Shown piece by piece: positions 9,133-19,750 of a stretch of 64,000 nt of DNA. Position 1 is the stretch's first letter. Each line of letters starts with the position of its first letter. The notes beneath the pieces are model-generated. The model was not told the origin of the DNA. It made no database searches and saw nothing but the letters and a program-made list of their open reading frames with translations. The position numbers were made by a program, and so were the translations under genes. Origin of the DNA: Synechococcus sp. UW140 (GTDB lineage: Bacteria; Cyanobacteriota; Cyanobacteriia; PCC-6307; Cyanobiaceae); contig CALRVC020000006.1 of NCBI GenBank assembly GCA_943371515.1, positions 50,435 through 114,434 on the forward strand. Reading direction: 5' to 3'.

Positions 9133-10278
9133 GTGACCCGCTCCGCCGCAGCGGCCGACCCCTTCCGGTTCGAGATCACGGCCGAGTGCCCCTGGACCCA
9201 GGCCCGCTGCGGGGTCTTTCACACGCCCCATGGCCGGGTTGACACGCCCCGCTTCATGCCGGTGGGCACCCTGGGCACCGTGAAGGGGGTGACCCCGGCC
9301 CAGCTGGCGGCCACCGGCGCCCAGATGGTGCTCGCCAACACGTATCACCTGCACCTCCAGCCCGGTGAGGGGATCGTGGCCGAAGCCGGCGGGCTGCACC
9401 GCTTCATGGGCTGGGATGGGCCCCTGCTCACCGATTCTGGTGGATTCCAGGTGTTCAGCCTCGGCAAGATAAATCTGATAAGTGACGAGGGAGTGGTGTT
9501 CCGCTCGCCCCGAGACGGCTCCCGCATCAGCCTCACACCGGAGCGTTCGATGCAGATCCAGATGGCGCTCGGGGCCGATGTGGCCATGGCCTTCGATCAG
9601 TGTCCGCCCTATCCCGCCAGCGAAAACGACGTGGGCGAGGCCTGCCGCCGCACCCACGCCTGGCTGGAGCGTTGCATGGCCACCCATGACCGCAGCGACC
9701 AGGCGCTGTTCGGCATTGTTCAGGGGGGCACCTTCCCCCATCTGCGCGAGCAGGCGGCACGGACGGTGAGTGCCATGGACCTGCCCGGTATCGCCATCGG
9801 CGGCGTGAGCGTGGGGGAGCCGGTGGAGGCCATGCACCGGATCGTGCGCCAGGTCGCGCCGCTGCTGCCCAGGGATCGTCCCCGCTATCTGATGGGTGTG
9901 GGCAGCCTGCGGGAAATGGCGATCGCCGTGGCCCAGGGCATCGACCTGTTCGACTGCGTGCTGCCCACCCGCCTGGGCCGCCACGGCACCGCCCTGGTGG
10001 GGGGCGAACGCTGGAACCTGCGCAACGCCCGTTTCCGCCACGACCACACCCCGCTCGATTCCAGCTGCGCCTGCCCGGCCTGCACAGGTCACAGCCGGGC
10101 TTATCTGCATCACCTGTTCCGCAGCAGCGAACTGCTCGGCCGGATCCTGCTCAGCCTGCACAACCTCACCCAGCTGATTCGCTTCAGCACAGCCATGGCG
10201 ACGGCCATCCGCGAGGGCTGCTTTGCAGAGGATTTCACTCCCTGGGAGCCCGGCTCCGGGGCCGCTCACACGTGGTAG
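9133..10278 (+). CDS. tgt: tRNA-guanine transglycosylase
   Basis: [32 protein letters not shown]; CxCxxC Zn site. Confidence 0.98.
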   Translation: MTRSAAAADPFRFEITAECPWTQARCGVFHTPHGRVDTPRFMPVGTLGTVKGVTPAQLAATGAQMVLANTYHLHLQPGEGIVAEAGGLHRFMGWDGPLLTDSGGFQVFSLGKINLISDEGVVFRSPRDGSRISLTPERSMQIQMALGADVAMAFDQCPPYPASENDVGEACRRTHAWLERCMATHDRSDQALFGIVQGGTFPHLREQAARTVSAMDLPGIAIGGVSVGEPVEAMHRIVRQVAPLLPRDRPRYLMGVGSLREMAIAVAQGIDLFDCVLPTRLGRHGTALVGGERWNLRNARFRHDHTPLDSSCACPACTGHSRAYLHHLFRSSELLGRILLSLHNLTQLIRFSTAMATAIREGCFAEDFTPWEPGSGAAHTW

Positions 10279-10312
10279 CGTCCAGCCCATATCACGTTTT
10301 CGCCGTTCAGGG

Positions 10313-10465
10313 ATGGTCTTCTCCGCGCTGATTACCGCCACCACCCTGGCCGAACTTCCCGAGGCCTACCAGGCCTTCGGCCCACTGGTCGACATCCTGC
10401 CGATCATCCCCCTGTTCTTCCTGCTGCTGGCTTTCGTCTGGCAGGCCTCCGTCGGCTTCCGCTGA
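10313..10465 (+). CDS. psbK: Photosystem II protein K
   Basis: [36 protein letters not shown]. Confidence 0.98.
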   Translation: MVFSALITATTLAELPEAYQAFGPLVDILPIIPLFFLLLAFVWQASVGFR

Positions 10466-10518
10466 GCCGTCGAGCCAGGCAGGCACACCAAACCAAACCA
10501 CAGCTCGCAGGCAGCGCC

Positions 10519-11250
10519 TCAGCCACCCCGCAGCACTGCCCAGGCAAAAGCTGGCAACGCCAGCATCCGTCGCCAACGGCTCGGCTCCTGGATCAGCCGG
10601 TACAACCATTCGATCTGCAGGGCTCCCATCCAGGCGGGGGCCCTTTTTTTGGTTCCGGCCCAGACATCGAAACTGCCGCCCACCCCCATCCATAGGCCGC
10701 CCTGACCCTGATGCAGCCGCTGGATCCAGGTTTCCTGGCGAGGGACCCCCAGCGCCACCAGCACCAGATCCGGCTGGCTGGCTTGCAACGTGGCTTCCAG
10801 CCCCGGCCAGGCCGCATCGGGTTGATAGCCGTGTACCGCCGCGACCAGATCGAGTTCCGGCAGTCGCCGCAGCAGGCGCTCTCGCAGGCGCTCCATCACC
10901 GTGGGCGATGCCCCCACCAGGGCCACCCGCCATCCCCGCTCGGCAGCCTCCACCAGCAGCCGATCAGCCAGCTCGATGCCCGGGCTGCGTCTCACCCGGT
11001 ACCCCTGCCGCCCCAGGGCCCAGACCACCCCCGCCCCATCGGGGATGACCAGCTCGGCGGCTCGAATCACATCCCCGAGGGCCGGATCCTCGAGCGCTGC
11101 CATCGTCATCTCGGCGTTGAGGGTGACGATCTGACCGCCGCCGCGGCCATGCAGCCCGAGCGCGGCATCCACCACATCTGCGCAGACATCGACCGGCAGT
11201 CCCAGCACCTTCGAGCGGAGGCCCCCGGGAACCTGAGTTTCCGTCACCAT
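10519..11250 (-). CDS. WecB/TagA/CpsF family glycosyltransferase
   Basis: IVTLNAE, PDGAGVVWA, VALGVPRQE, GVGGSFDV and EWLYRLIQEPSRWRR motifs. Confidence 0.93.
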   Translation of the reverse strand: MVTETQVPGGLRSKVLGLPVDVCADVVDAALGLHGRGGGQIVTLNAEMTMAALEDPALGDVIRAAELVIPDGAGVVWALGRQGYRVRRSPGIELADRLLVEAAERGWRVALVGASPTVMERLRERLLRRLPELDLVAAVHGYQPDAAWPGLEATLQASQPDLVLVALGVPRQETWIQRLHQGQGGLWMGVGGSFDVWAGTKKRAPAWMGALQIEWLYRLIQEPSRWRRMLALPAFAWAVLRGG

Positions 11251-11344
11251 CACGGCCAGGTCCCTTCGGACCACAGGGGAGAATCTAGGGAGAGTACCCA
11301 TCTGCAGGGCAGATCCCTCCATCAACCTCGCAACCAGGCCGACC

Positions 11345-14300
11345 ATGACGAGCGAGTGGACCCGCGATGGAGGCCTGGAGCCGCCCCTGCAGGAGCAGCT
11401 GGGCGCCCGACAACTCAGCGATGAGGACGCCCACGAGCTGCTTCGCCACCTCGACAGCCAGATCGAGCGGGTGGTGCTGGCCCGTCAGCATCCGATCAGC
11501 GGACTGCTGCCGGCGAGCACCGCCAACACCGTGCACGGCAACTACGGCGATGCCTGGTTGCGGGATTGCGTCTACTCCATTCAGTGCGTCTGGGGGCTGG
11601 CCCAGGCCCACCGCCGCCTGAATGGACCCTGCACCCGCAGCCATGAGCTGAACCAGCGGGTGCTGCAACTGATGCGCGGCCTGCTTACCGCCATGATGCG
11701 CCAGGCACCGAAGGTGGAGCGCTTCAAGCGCAGCCTTGACCGGCTCGACGCCATCCATGCCAAGTTCGACACCGGCACGGGCAACCCGGTGGTGCCCGAC
11801 GACGGCTGGGGGCATCTGCAGCTCGACGCCACGGCCCTCTATCTGCTGCAACTGGCCCAGCTGACCCGGGCCGGGCTGGTGGTGGTGCAGAGCAGCCATG
11901 AGCGGGATTTCCTGCAGAACCTGGTGTATTACGTGGCCCGGGCCTACCGGATCGCCGACTACGGCATCTGGGAGCGGGGCGACAAGGGCAACCACGGCGA
12001 ACCGGAGCGCAACGCCAGCTCGATCGGTCTGGTCAAGGCGGCCCTGGAGGCCCTGAAGGGCCTCGATCTCTACGGCCCTTATGGCGACGGCAGCTGCTGC
12101 CTGCACATCCCCCATCCGGCGATTGTGCGGCTGCGGCGGGCCCTGCAGGCCCTGCTGCCTCGGGAGTCGGCCAGCAAGGAAGTGGACAGCGCCTGCCTCT
12201 CCGTGATCGGCTACCCCGCCTGGGCGGTGGAGGACCCGGAGCTGGTGGAGCGCACGCGCAGCAAGATCCGCCGTGATCTCGGCGGCGCCTACGGCTACAA
12301 GCGTTTTCGCCGCGACGGCCACCAGACCCTGGTGGAGGACCACGAACGGCTCCACTACGAACCGGAGGAACTGGCCCAGTTCGAGGGCATCGAGTGCGAG
12401 TGGCCCCTGTTCTTCGCCTATGAGCTGGTCACGGCCTGCTGCGAGGAGCGCTGGAGCGAGGCCTGGCAGTGGCGGCGGCGCCTCGAGGCGGTGAGCGTGG
12501 AAGTCGATGGCGTGCCCGAACTGCCCGAGCTCTATCTGGTGCCGGCCGACGCGATTGAGGCGGAACGACTCCATCCCGGGACCCAGGAACGGATCGCCAA
12601 TGAGAACGTGCCTCTGCTCTGGACCCAGAGCCTCACCTGGCTGGGTGACCTGCTGCTCAACGGTCTGTTGAGTCCGGAGGACATCGATCCCAGCCGCCGA
12701 CGCCTGCCGGGCCCCCTCGGCGCTGAGCGGGTGCTGGTGGCCCTGGTGCCTGAGAATGACACCATTGCCGCGGCGCTCGAGCAGGCCGGCCTGCCGGTGA
12801 CCCAACCCCACGGTTCGGTGCGGGTGGCCAGCTCCAGGGAACTGGGCCGACGCATGGCCTCGGTGGGGGCGAACGCCAGGCTTGGCCTCAGTGGCTATCC
12901 GCCGGTACGAATGGAAACCATGGCGACGGCCCTGCTGTATCGCAGACCCGCTGGCAGTGGCCAGAACGGGAGCTGCGACGAGATGATGGCTTTCCTGCCC
13001 TCGGTGCTGGAGGAGGGCACCTTCTACCTGGCGGACGACCCGGAGCAGCTGGTGGACACCGTGACCAGTGAGCTTCGGCTGCTCCAGCGGCAGTGGCGCG
13101 GCGATGGCCTGCCCCTGCTGTTGATCCCCCTGGCGGCCAGCCCCTTTCAGCGGGATCCCGCCACCCTGATCCGCATGGGTGAAGCCCTGCGCAGCGGTCT
13201 GGTGGAAGGCGTACCGGTGCAGCTTGATCGTCTCGAAGGACTGATCGATCAGGTCTGCTGGGAGGAGCTGCCGCCATCCCAGGAGCAGCCCCTGGCGAGG
13301 CGCAGCCAGCCGGCCGCCCCAGTGCTGCGCCACAGCACCAGCCAGACGCCGCTCACGATCCAGCAGGAACAGGAACTGGAGGACATCGCCATCCCCGGAC
13401 TGGCGGATCTGCTCTGGCGCAGCACCTCTCTGCCCGAGCAGGCGGAAGTGCTGGAGCAACTGGTGCAGCGGCTGGGGCGGAGCGCGATCCTGCAGGGCCC
13501 ATCCAGCGCCGGACCGCTGAAGCTGCAGGCACTGGTGGAGGAGATCTACCGCCGGGGCCTGGCCGAGGGTGACTGGAACGTGGTGCGGCGCTGCGCCGGA
13601 CTGATGCAGCTGGTGCATCCACAGCTGGAGGATGCCCTCACCGACATCCTGGTGCGTCAGAAGCAGGTGGTGGTAGGCCGCAACTACACCCACGAGTCAC
13701 TGATCAGCCAACCCCAGGGCAGCGCCATGATCGGGGCCATGATCCGCCGCTTCAGCGGAGACGACGGCCGCGAGTGGATGCTGCAGCAGGAGCTGCTGCT
13801 GGCCCTCGACGGACTGGCCCGCTCGGAGCAGGCCCTGCTCAGCGGCAGCCTGACGATCCAGCTGGGGCAACTGCTGCTCCTGCTCACCAGCGAGCTGGCG
13901 GCCGAGTTGGATCTCACCGCCGACGACGCCTTCGAAGCACTCTGCGATTTGCCGCCCCACGCCATCCGGCGGCGCCTGCGCACGGTGCTGGCGGATGTGG
14001 ACCATGCCCGCGAGGCCCTGCGCCGCAAAGAGCAGCTCCACCTGAGCGGGCGGGTGCGCTGGGAAGTGCCCGATCCCCTCGACGACCTGCCCCTGGGCAG
14101 CGGCTGTGGCTGGATGCAGCACCGCCAGCGCCTGGGGGCCTTGCAGCGGGTCCCTCGCGACTTCTACGCCGGCATCTGGGATCTGCTCCACCATTGCCGT
14201 GGGCTGGTGATCGGCGACAAGCTGGAGCGGCGCAACCGCCTTGAGAGCGAGCCCCTGCTCTCGGAAAAGACCCCAGGTGAGCGCAACTTCGCGGCCCTGG

Positions 14301-14668
14301 TGGACCACCTGCTGAGCAAGATCGAAGCTCCTGAATACCGCCAGCTCTGCACCGAGACCCTGCTCTCGCTGGTGGTGTTCGTGGGCGCCAACCCCCAGGT
14401 GCGCTTCGACGACTACCTGGCCCTCGACGTGGTGATCGGCCACGCGGTGCGGGTGGGCTGGCAACAGACCCACCCGGAGCTGGGCGGAGAGGATTACGCC
14501 AAGCAGAAGTCAGCGGCCTGGGATCTCTTCTACACCTCCTCACCGGCCCGTTGCCGCCGCTGGCAGATCCTGGCCCTGCGCGACCTCACCGAAATCCAGA
14601 CTGGGGATGGGGATGGGGAGCCGGCCGCTCAGATGGGTGCGTCGAGGGCCATGCAGAGCGAGGGCTGA
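11345..14668 (+). CDS. Glycoside hydrolase family 15 / phosphorylase kinase regulatory subunit-like protein
   Basis: AWLRDCVY, WGHLQLDA, DYGIWERGDK, SSIGLVKAALEA, RFRRDG and ECEWPLF motifs; 1107 aa. Confidence 0.85.
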   Translation: MTSEWTRDGGLEPPLQEQLGARQLSDEDAHELLRHLDSQIERVVLARQHPISGLLPASTANTVHGNYGDAWLRDCVYSIQCVWGLAQAHRRLNGPCTRSHELNQRVLQLMRGLLTAMMRQAPKVERFKRSLDRLDAIHAKFDTGTGNPVVPDDGWGHLQLDATALYLLQLAQLTRAGLVVVQSSHERDFLQNLVYYVARAYRIADYGIWERGDKGNHGEPERNASSIGLVKAALEALKGLDLYGPYGDGSCCLHIPHPAIVRLRRALQALLPRESASKEVDSACLSVIGYPAWAVEDPELVERTRSKIRRDLGGAYGYKRFRRDGHQTLVEDHERLHYEPEELAQFEGIECEWPLFFAYELVTACCEERWSEAWQWRRRLEAVSVEVDGVPELPELYLVPADAIEAERLHPGTQERIANENVPLLWTQSLTWLGDLLLNGLLSPEDIDPSRRRLPGPLGAERVLVALVPENDTIAAALEQAGLPVTQPHGSVRVASSRELGRRMASVGANARLGLSGYPPVRMETMATALLYRRPAGSGQNGSCDEMMAFLPSVLEEGTFYLADDPEQLVDTVTSELRLLQRQWRGDGLPLLLIPLAASPFQRDPATLIRMGEALRSGLVEGVPVQLDRLEGLIDQVCWEELPPSQEQPLARRSQPAAPVLRHSTSQTPLTIQQEQELEDIAIPGLADLLWRSTSLPEQAEVLEQLVQRLGRSAILQGPSSAGPLKLQALVEEIYRRGLAEGDWNVVRRCAGLMQLVHPQLEDALTDILVRQKQVVVGRNYTHESLISQPQGSAMIGAMIRRFSGDDGREWMLQQELLLALDGLARSEQALLSGSLTIQLGQLLLLLTSELAAELDLTADDAFEALCDLPPHAIRRRLRTVLADVDHAREALRRKEQLHLSGRVRWEVPDPLDDLPLGSGCGWMQHRQRLGALQRVPRDFYAGIWDLLHHCRGLVIGDKLERRNRLESEPLLSEKTPGERNFAALVDHLLSKIEAPEYRQLCTETLLSLVVFVGANPQVRFDDYLALDVVIGHAVRVGWQQTHPELGGEDYAKQKSAAWDLFYTSSPARCRRWQILALRDLTEIQTGDGDGEPAAQMGASRAMQSEG

Positions 14669-15636
14669 TCCACTGCCAGCTCGATCAGGTTGGCCAGCAT
14701 CAGGGCCCTGGAGGCCTGCTGGCCATCGACAGCTGGCACCTCGCGGCCGCGCAGGCAGAGCAGGAAGTGTTCCAGCTCGGCATAGAGCGGCTCAATCGAG
14801 GTGGTGCTCACTTCCTCGATGAAGCCATCGTTGCGATAGAGCAATTCTCCGTGGTCAGCAGAGACCCACTCATGGGCGCGGCGGTGGATGTGCAGCCGGC
14901 GGTTGAGGAAATCGGTCTCCACCAGACTGGCGCGGCAATGGGCGCTGAGGCTGCGGATCTTGCGGTGGGCCATCTTGCTGGCCGTGAGGCTCGCCACCAC
15001 CCCATTGCTGAAACCGAGGGTGGCATTGACGTAATCGATCGGGCCGTCGGAACTGCGCCCGCCCGCCGCCGCCAGCCTCACCACCTGGGAGCCGGCGAGC
15101 TCAAGCACGAGGTCAATGTCGTGGATCATCAGATCGAGCACCACCGACACATCGTTGGCTCGATCGGCATGGGGGCTGTGACGGCGTGCCTCCAGCACCA
15201 CCACTTCCTCGTTCGCCACCACCTTGAGCAGTTCGCGAAAGGCGGGGTTGAAGCGCTCGATATGGCCCACCTGAAGCTGGCGCCCCGCCAGTTCCGCGGC
15301 CTGAATCAATTCGCTGGCCTCCTCCTGGCTGGCGGCGATCGGCTTCTCGATCAGAACATGCAGCCCGGCCTGGAGGCAGGCCATGCCAACCCGGTGGTGA
15401 AGCAGGGTGGGAACGGCAATGCAGACCGCCTCGACCTCGGGGAGCAGATCGTCGAAGTTCTCGAACCAACGGCAGCCGAACTGCTCAACAGCCAGCTGAC
15501 CGCGACGTTGATCGGGATCGGCCACCCCCACCAGCTCGGCGTCCCGCAGCAGGCTCAGGACTCTGGCGTGGTGCCATCCCATGTTGCCGATGCCGATGAC
15601 CCCCACCTTGACCGGGGTGATGGGATCGCTGCTCAT
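14629..15636 (-). CDS. Gfo/Idh/MocA family oxidoreductase
   Basis: GVIGIGNMG, VLIEKP, VGHIERFNP and DLMIHDID motifs. Confidence 0.92.
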   Translation of the reverse strand: MSSDPITPVKVGVIGIGNMGWHHARVLSLLRDAELVGVADPDQRRGQLAVEQFGCRWFENFDDLLPEVEAVCIAVPTLLHHRVGMACLQAGLHVLIEKPIAASQEEASELIQAAELAGRQLQVGHIERFNPAFRELLKVVANEEVVVLEARRHSPHADRANDVSVVLDLMIHDIDLVLELAGSQVVRLAAAGGRSSDGPIDYVNATLGFSNGVVASLTASKMAHRKIRSLSAHCRASLVETDFLNRRLHIHRRAHEWVSADHGELLYRNDGFIEEVSTTSIEPLYAELEHFLLCLRGREVPAVDGQQASRALMLANLIELAVDQPSLCMALDAPI

Positions 15637-15738
15637 CGCCGCACCAGCACACCCGCCAACGTGATCTCCAGCCGCTCCAGTGCAGGCATTATCAATGATC
15701 ATCCGCTCCGGCGGCTCCAGCGCTGGTGAGGAGTCGTC

Positions 15739-17001
15739 TCAGTCGGAGCCGCGACGGGTGATCTGAACCCGCTCGATGCGGGGGCCGTCCATGGCACTGA
15801 TCTCGAACTGGTGCCCCTTCCAGCGCAGGCTCTCGCCGGGGGCCGGGATGTGCTGCAGCCGCTCCAGCATGAAGCCCGCCAGAGTGTGATGGCCGTCGGC
15901 CTCCGGCAGGGAGAGGCTGAGCTGGCGGTTGAGCTCGAAGATCTCCAGATCGCCGGCCACCAGCCAGGTGTCGTCCTGCAGCCGCTGCAGGTTCTGGCGG
16001 ATCGTGATCAGATCGTCCTCATCGCCGACGATCTCGCTGGTGAGGTCGGCCACGGTGACCAGGCCCTCGGTGCCGCCATGTTCATCCACCACCACCAGCA
16101 GGGGCTGGCCGCTGCGGATCAGCGGCAGAAGCGCCGCCAGGGACACCGCTTCCTGCACCCGCGCCACCGGGGTGATGTAGGGAGCCAGGGGCGTGTCGCC
16201 CTGCAGAAGCCCCTGGGCAATCGGTTCGGCCAGGCGGCGCAGGTCCAGCACACCGCGCACGTCATCAAGCGACTGGCCGATGACGGGGAAACGCGCGTGG
16301 GCGGTGGCGTGCACCGCCTCCATCAGCTCGGCGAAGGTCACCTCCAGGGGCAGGGTGACCATGCCGGAACGGGGCACCATGACCTCACGCACCTGGGTGT
16401 CCCGCAGCGAGAACACCCCTTCGAGGATGCTGCGCTCATCCGGAAGCAGACCGGTGACGCTGTTGGATTCGATCAGGGTTTCCAGCTCGCCGGCGGAGAG
16501 GGCGGGCACCAGCTCATCCCAGTTGCGGGGCAGCCCCAGCAGGCGCAGCAGGCCATTGGCGAAACGCTCCACCAGGATCAGCAGAGGCCAGAGGGTGCGG
16601 ATCACCCACTCCAGCAAGGGTGCCAGCTGCAGTGCCGAGCTCTCCGGCCGGTGCATCACCCAGGCCTTGGGAGCCACGCCACCGATCACCGTGGCCAGCC
16701 CCACCAGGGCCAGAAACACCAGCACATCGACCCAGAGGCGCTCGGCCCCAGGATCGAGCCGCGCCGCCAGACCGCGGCCACCCCAGCCGAGGGCCACCAT
16801 GGCCAGGGCCGCCCCCAGCTGGGTGGCGACCAGCACCCGGCGTAGGCGCTGCTGCAACCGCTCCGCCGAGAGGGCGCCGCCGTGACCGTCGGCGGCGAGC
16901 ACCTTGACCCGGCTGGGCCGCAGGTGAATCAGGGCGAACTCGCTGGCAGCGAAGAAGGCCAGCAGCGCCAGCAGGGCCAGCAGCACAACGAGCAGGCGCA
17001 T
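15739..17001 (-). CDS. Hemolysin/CNNM (DUF21-CBS-CorC) family protein
   Basis: FFAASEFAL, VREVMVPR, VVDEHGGTEGLVT and GFMLERL motifs. Confidence 0.9.
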   Translation of the reverse strand: MRLLVVLLALLALLAFFAASEFALIHLRPSRVKVLAADGHGGALSAERLQQRLRRVLVATQLGAALAMVALGWGGRGLAARLDPGAERLWVDVLVFLALVGLATVIGGVAPKAWVMHRPESSALQLAPLLEWVIRTLWPLLILVERFANGLLRLLGLPRNWDELVPALSAGELETLIESNSVTGLLPDERSILEGVFSLRDTQVREVMVPRSGMVTLPLEVTFAELMEAVHATAHARFPVIGQSLDDVRGVLDLRRLAEPIAQGLLQGDTPLAPYITPVARVQEAVSLAALLPLIRSGQPLLVVVDEHGGTEGLVTVADLTSEIVGDEDDLITIRQNLQRLQDDTWLVAGDLEIFELNRQLSLSLPEADGHHTLAGFMLERLQHIPAPGESLRWKGHQFEISAMDGPRIERVQITRRGSD

Positions 17002-17030
17002 GGGAAGAAGAGCAGCGAGCGGGTAGGGGT

Positions 17031-18956
17031 TCACTCCACGGTGACGCTCTTGGCCAGATTGCGAGGCTGATCCACATCAAGGCCGCGGTGGGCGGCGATG
17101 TGATAGCTGAGCAACTGCATCGGAATCACCGTCAACAGGGGGCTGAGCAGCTCATCCACCTCAGGCACCGGTAACAGCACATCGAAGATCTCCGTGTCGG
17201 GGCCGCGTGGGGCCACGCCGATCAGCCGGGCGTCGCGCGCCTTCGCCTCCTGGGCGTTGGAGAGCACCTTGTCGAAAACAGTGCCGGGCACCGCGATCGA
17301 CACCACCGGCACCCGTGCGTCGAGCAGGGCGATGGGGCCGTGCTTCATCTCACCGGCCGGATAGCCCTCGGCATGGATGTAACTGATCTCCTTGAGCTTC
17401 AGGGCCCCTTCAAGGGCGATCGGGAAGTTGATGCCACGGCCCAGAAAGATCACATCCTGGGTGTCGGCGAACTGGTGGGCCAGCTCGGCGCAGAGCAGAT
17501 CCTGCTCCTCCAGCAGGGTCTGCAGCTGGGCGGGCAGAGCCCGCAGCCCGGCCACCAGCTCGAGCAACTGGGCCGGGGAGCGGCTGGAGCGGCGCTCGGC
17601 GAATGAGAGGGCGAGGCCGTAGAAGGCGAGCAGCTGACCGAGGAAGGTCTTGGTGGCAGCCACGCCCACCTCGATGCCGGCGCCGATGTCGAGCAGGTGG
17701 GGCACCAGCCGGCCCAGGGAGCTCTCCGGCCGATTGGTGATGCCCAGCAGCCTGGGAGCGAAAGCCGGATCAGCGATCAGCTCCCGGCGTTTCTGCTCCA
17801 TCTGCAGAGCCGCCAGGGTGTCGGCGGTCTCACCCGACTGGGTCACGCCGATGGTGAGGGTATGGGGGGCCAGCGGAGGAGGCGCGTAGCGGAATTCACT
17901 GGCGTAGTGCACCGCAGTGGGCAGTCCCGCGAGCTGCTCCAGCAGATAGGCCCCCACCTGGGCCGCATGGCGACTGGTGCCGCAGGCCAGGATCTGGATC
18001 CGCTCCACCCCGTCGAAGAGCTGATCCTGAAGCGGCAGGGCCACCAGCGACGGGGTGCCGGGCACTCCCGGCGACTCGGTGGGCAGATGGCGAGCCACCC
18101 AGAGCGCCGCCGTCTCGGGTTGCTCGTGGATCTCCTTATGCATGAAGTGGCGGAAACTGCGCTTGTCCGCCACGTGCTCGGTGCCCTGCAGCAGGCTGGG
18201 GGCGCGCTGCACCCGCTCGGCCGCCGGCCCATAGAGCTCGATGCCCAGCGGGGTGAGCAGGGCCGTTTCGCCGTCTTCGAGGGGGAGGATGGTGCGGGTG
18301 AAGCCCGCCAGGGCAGGAGTATCACTGGCGCAGAGGAATTCCCCCTCCCCCAGACCGATCACCAGCGGCGCCTGGCGGCGGGCCACCACCACCGCTCCGG
18401 GCGCATCGGCCCAGACCACCGCCAGGGCATAGGCCCCGTGCAGCTGGGGCAGCACCTGCTGCACCGCCTGGAGCAGCAGCTGGGGCGAAGGCTGGCTGCC
18501 CGAGCGCTGAAGCTCCCCGAGCTTCCGGGCCACCAGGTGAGGGATCACTTCGGTGTCGGTGTCGGAGCGGAAGTGAACTCCTTCCGCCTGCAGCGACTCC
18601 CTGAGGAGACGGTGGTTCTCGATGATGCCGTTCTGAACCACGGCAAGACTGCCGCTGCCATCCAGATGGGGGTGTGCGTTGCGCTCCTCCGGCTTGCCAT
18701 GGGTGGCCCAGCGGGTGTGGCCGATGCCGCAATGACCCAGGGCACCCTGGGCCTCATAGCGGCCCGTGAGGTTGACGAGCTTGCCCTCGGCCCGCAGCAG
18801 GGTGAGCCGCCCGGACGGGTGGCCGCTGCCGGGCTCCGGTGCCTGGACGGTGGCGATGCCAGCGGAGTCGTAGCCGCGGTATTCGAGCTGGCGCAGACCC
18901 TCCAGCAGCAGGGGAGCCGCCTCACGGGAGCCGATGACCGCAACGATGCCGCACAT
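17031..18956 (-). CDS. glmS: Glutamine-fructose-6-phosphate aminotransferase
   Basis: MCGIV, LEYRGYDSAG, GHTRWATHG, EGALKLKEISY and PRNLAKSVTVE motifs. Confidence 0.99.
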   Translation of the reverse strand: MCGIVAVIGSREAAPLLLEGLRQLEYRGYDSAGIATVQAPEPGSGHPSGRLTLLRAEGKLVNLTGRYEAQGALGHCGIGHTRWATHGKPEERNAHPHLDGSGSLAVVQNGIIENHRLLRESLQAEGVHFRSDTDTEVIPHLVARKLGELQRSGSQPSPQLLLQAVQQVLPQLHGAYALAVVWADAPGAVVVARRQAPLVIGLGEGEFLCASDTPALAGFTRTILPLEDGETALLTPLGIELYGPAAERVQRAPSLLQGTEHVADKRSFRHFMHKEIHEQPETAALWVARHLPTESPGVPGTPSLVALPLQDQLFDGVERIQILACGTSRHAAQVGAYLLEQLAGLPTAVHYASEFRYAPPPLAPHTLTIGVTQSGETADTLAALQMEQKRRELIADPAFAPRLLGITNRPESSLGRLVPHLLDIGAGIEVGVAATKTFLGQLLAFYGLALSFAERRSSRSPAQLLELVAGLRALPAQLQTLLEEQDLLCAELAHQFADTQDVIFLGRGINFPIALEGALKLKEISYIHAEGYPAGEMKHGPIALLDARVPVVSIAVPGTVFDKVLSNAQEAKARDARLIGVAPRGPDTEIFDVLLPVPEVDELLSPLLTVIPMQLLSYHIAAHRGLDVDQPRNLAKSVTVE

Positions 18957-19055
18957 GGCTGAGGGGCCGGACTTCGGCTGTTTCTAAAGGATCACCGCCC
19001 GCGCGCCTAGCCCGCCGGCGTTGCGGCGGAAGGAGTGAGCGACGCCGGCAGCCAT

Positions 19056-19079
19056 AAAAAAAGCCCGGGAAAGCCGGGC
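19056..19079 (-). terminator. Intrinsic terminator downstream of psaC
   Basis: On the minus strand: GCCCGG-CTTTC-CCGGGC then TTTTTTT. Confidence 0.8.
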
Positions 19080-19105
19080 GGACATGCTCAGAGCGGGTGC
19101 AGGCC

Positions 19106-19411
<306 letters not shown>

Positions 19412-19499
19412 TCAGTGGTCTCAGGCCGTCACCCTTTTTCATACGGACCAGGGAGCCGTTCAGGGCGACCCGTAGGATGCGGCCTCCCACACACCGGCC

Positions 19500-19742
19500 A
19501 TGTCACAGGAAGCGATCTTCGAGAAAGTCCGTTCGATCGTTGCCGAGCAGCTCAGCGTCGATGCCGCTGAAGTGAAGCCGGAGTCGAATTTCCAGAATGA
19601 TCTGGGCGCGGACTCGCTCGACACGGTGGAACTGGTCATGGCCCTGGAAGAGGCCTTCGACATCGAGATCCCTGACGAGTCGGCCGAAGGCATCACCACC
19701 GTTGGTGACGCCGTCAAGTACATCCTGGACAAGCAGGCCTGA
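19500..19742 (+). CDS. acpP: Acyl carrier protein
   Basis: [12 protein letters not shown] motif. Confidence 0.99.
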   Translation: MSQEAIFEKVRSIVAEQLSVDAAEVKPESNFQNDLGADSLDTVELVMALEEAFDIEIPDESAEGITTVGDAVKYILDKQA

Positions 19743-19750
19743 GGGTGTCG

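Noticed and set aside
11285-13693. Very long antisense ORFs (802 aa here; also 20856-23198, 54575-56575, 4054-5439, 37904-39229)
   Set aside because: They lie exactly opposite well-supported genes, have no motifs, and are expected from high-GC codon bias that depletes antisense stops.
18957-19105. Possible glmS ribozyme upstream of glmS
   Set aside because: No recognisable glmS ribozyme core; the region is mostly the psaC terminator, and the ribozyme is chiefly a Firmicutes feature.
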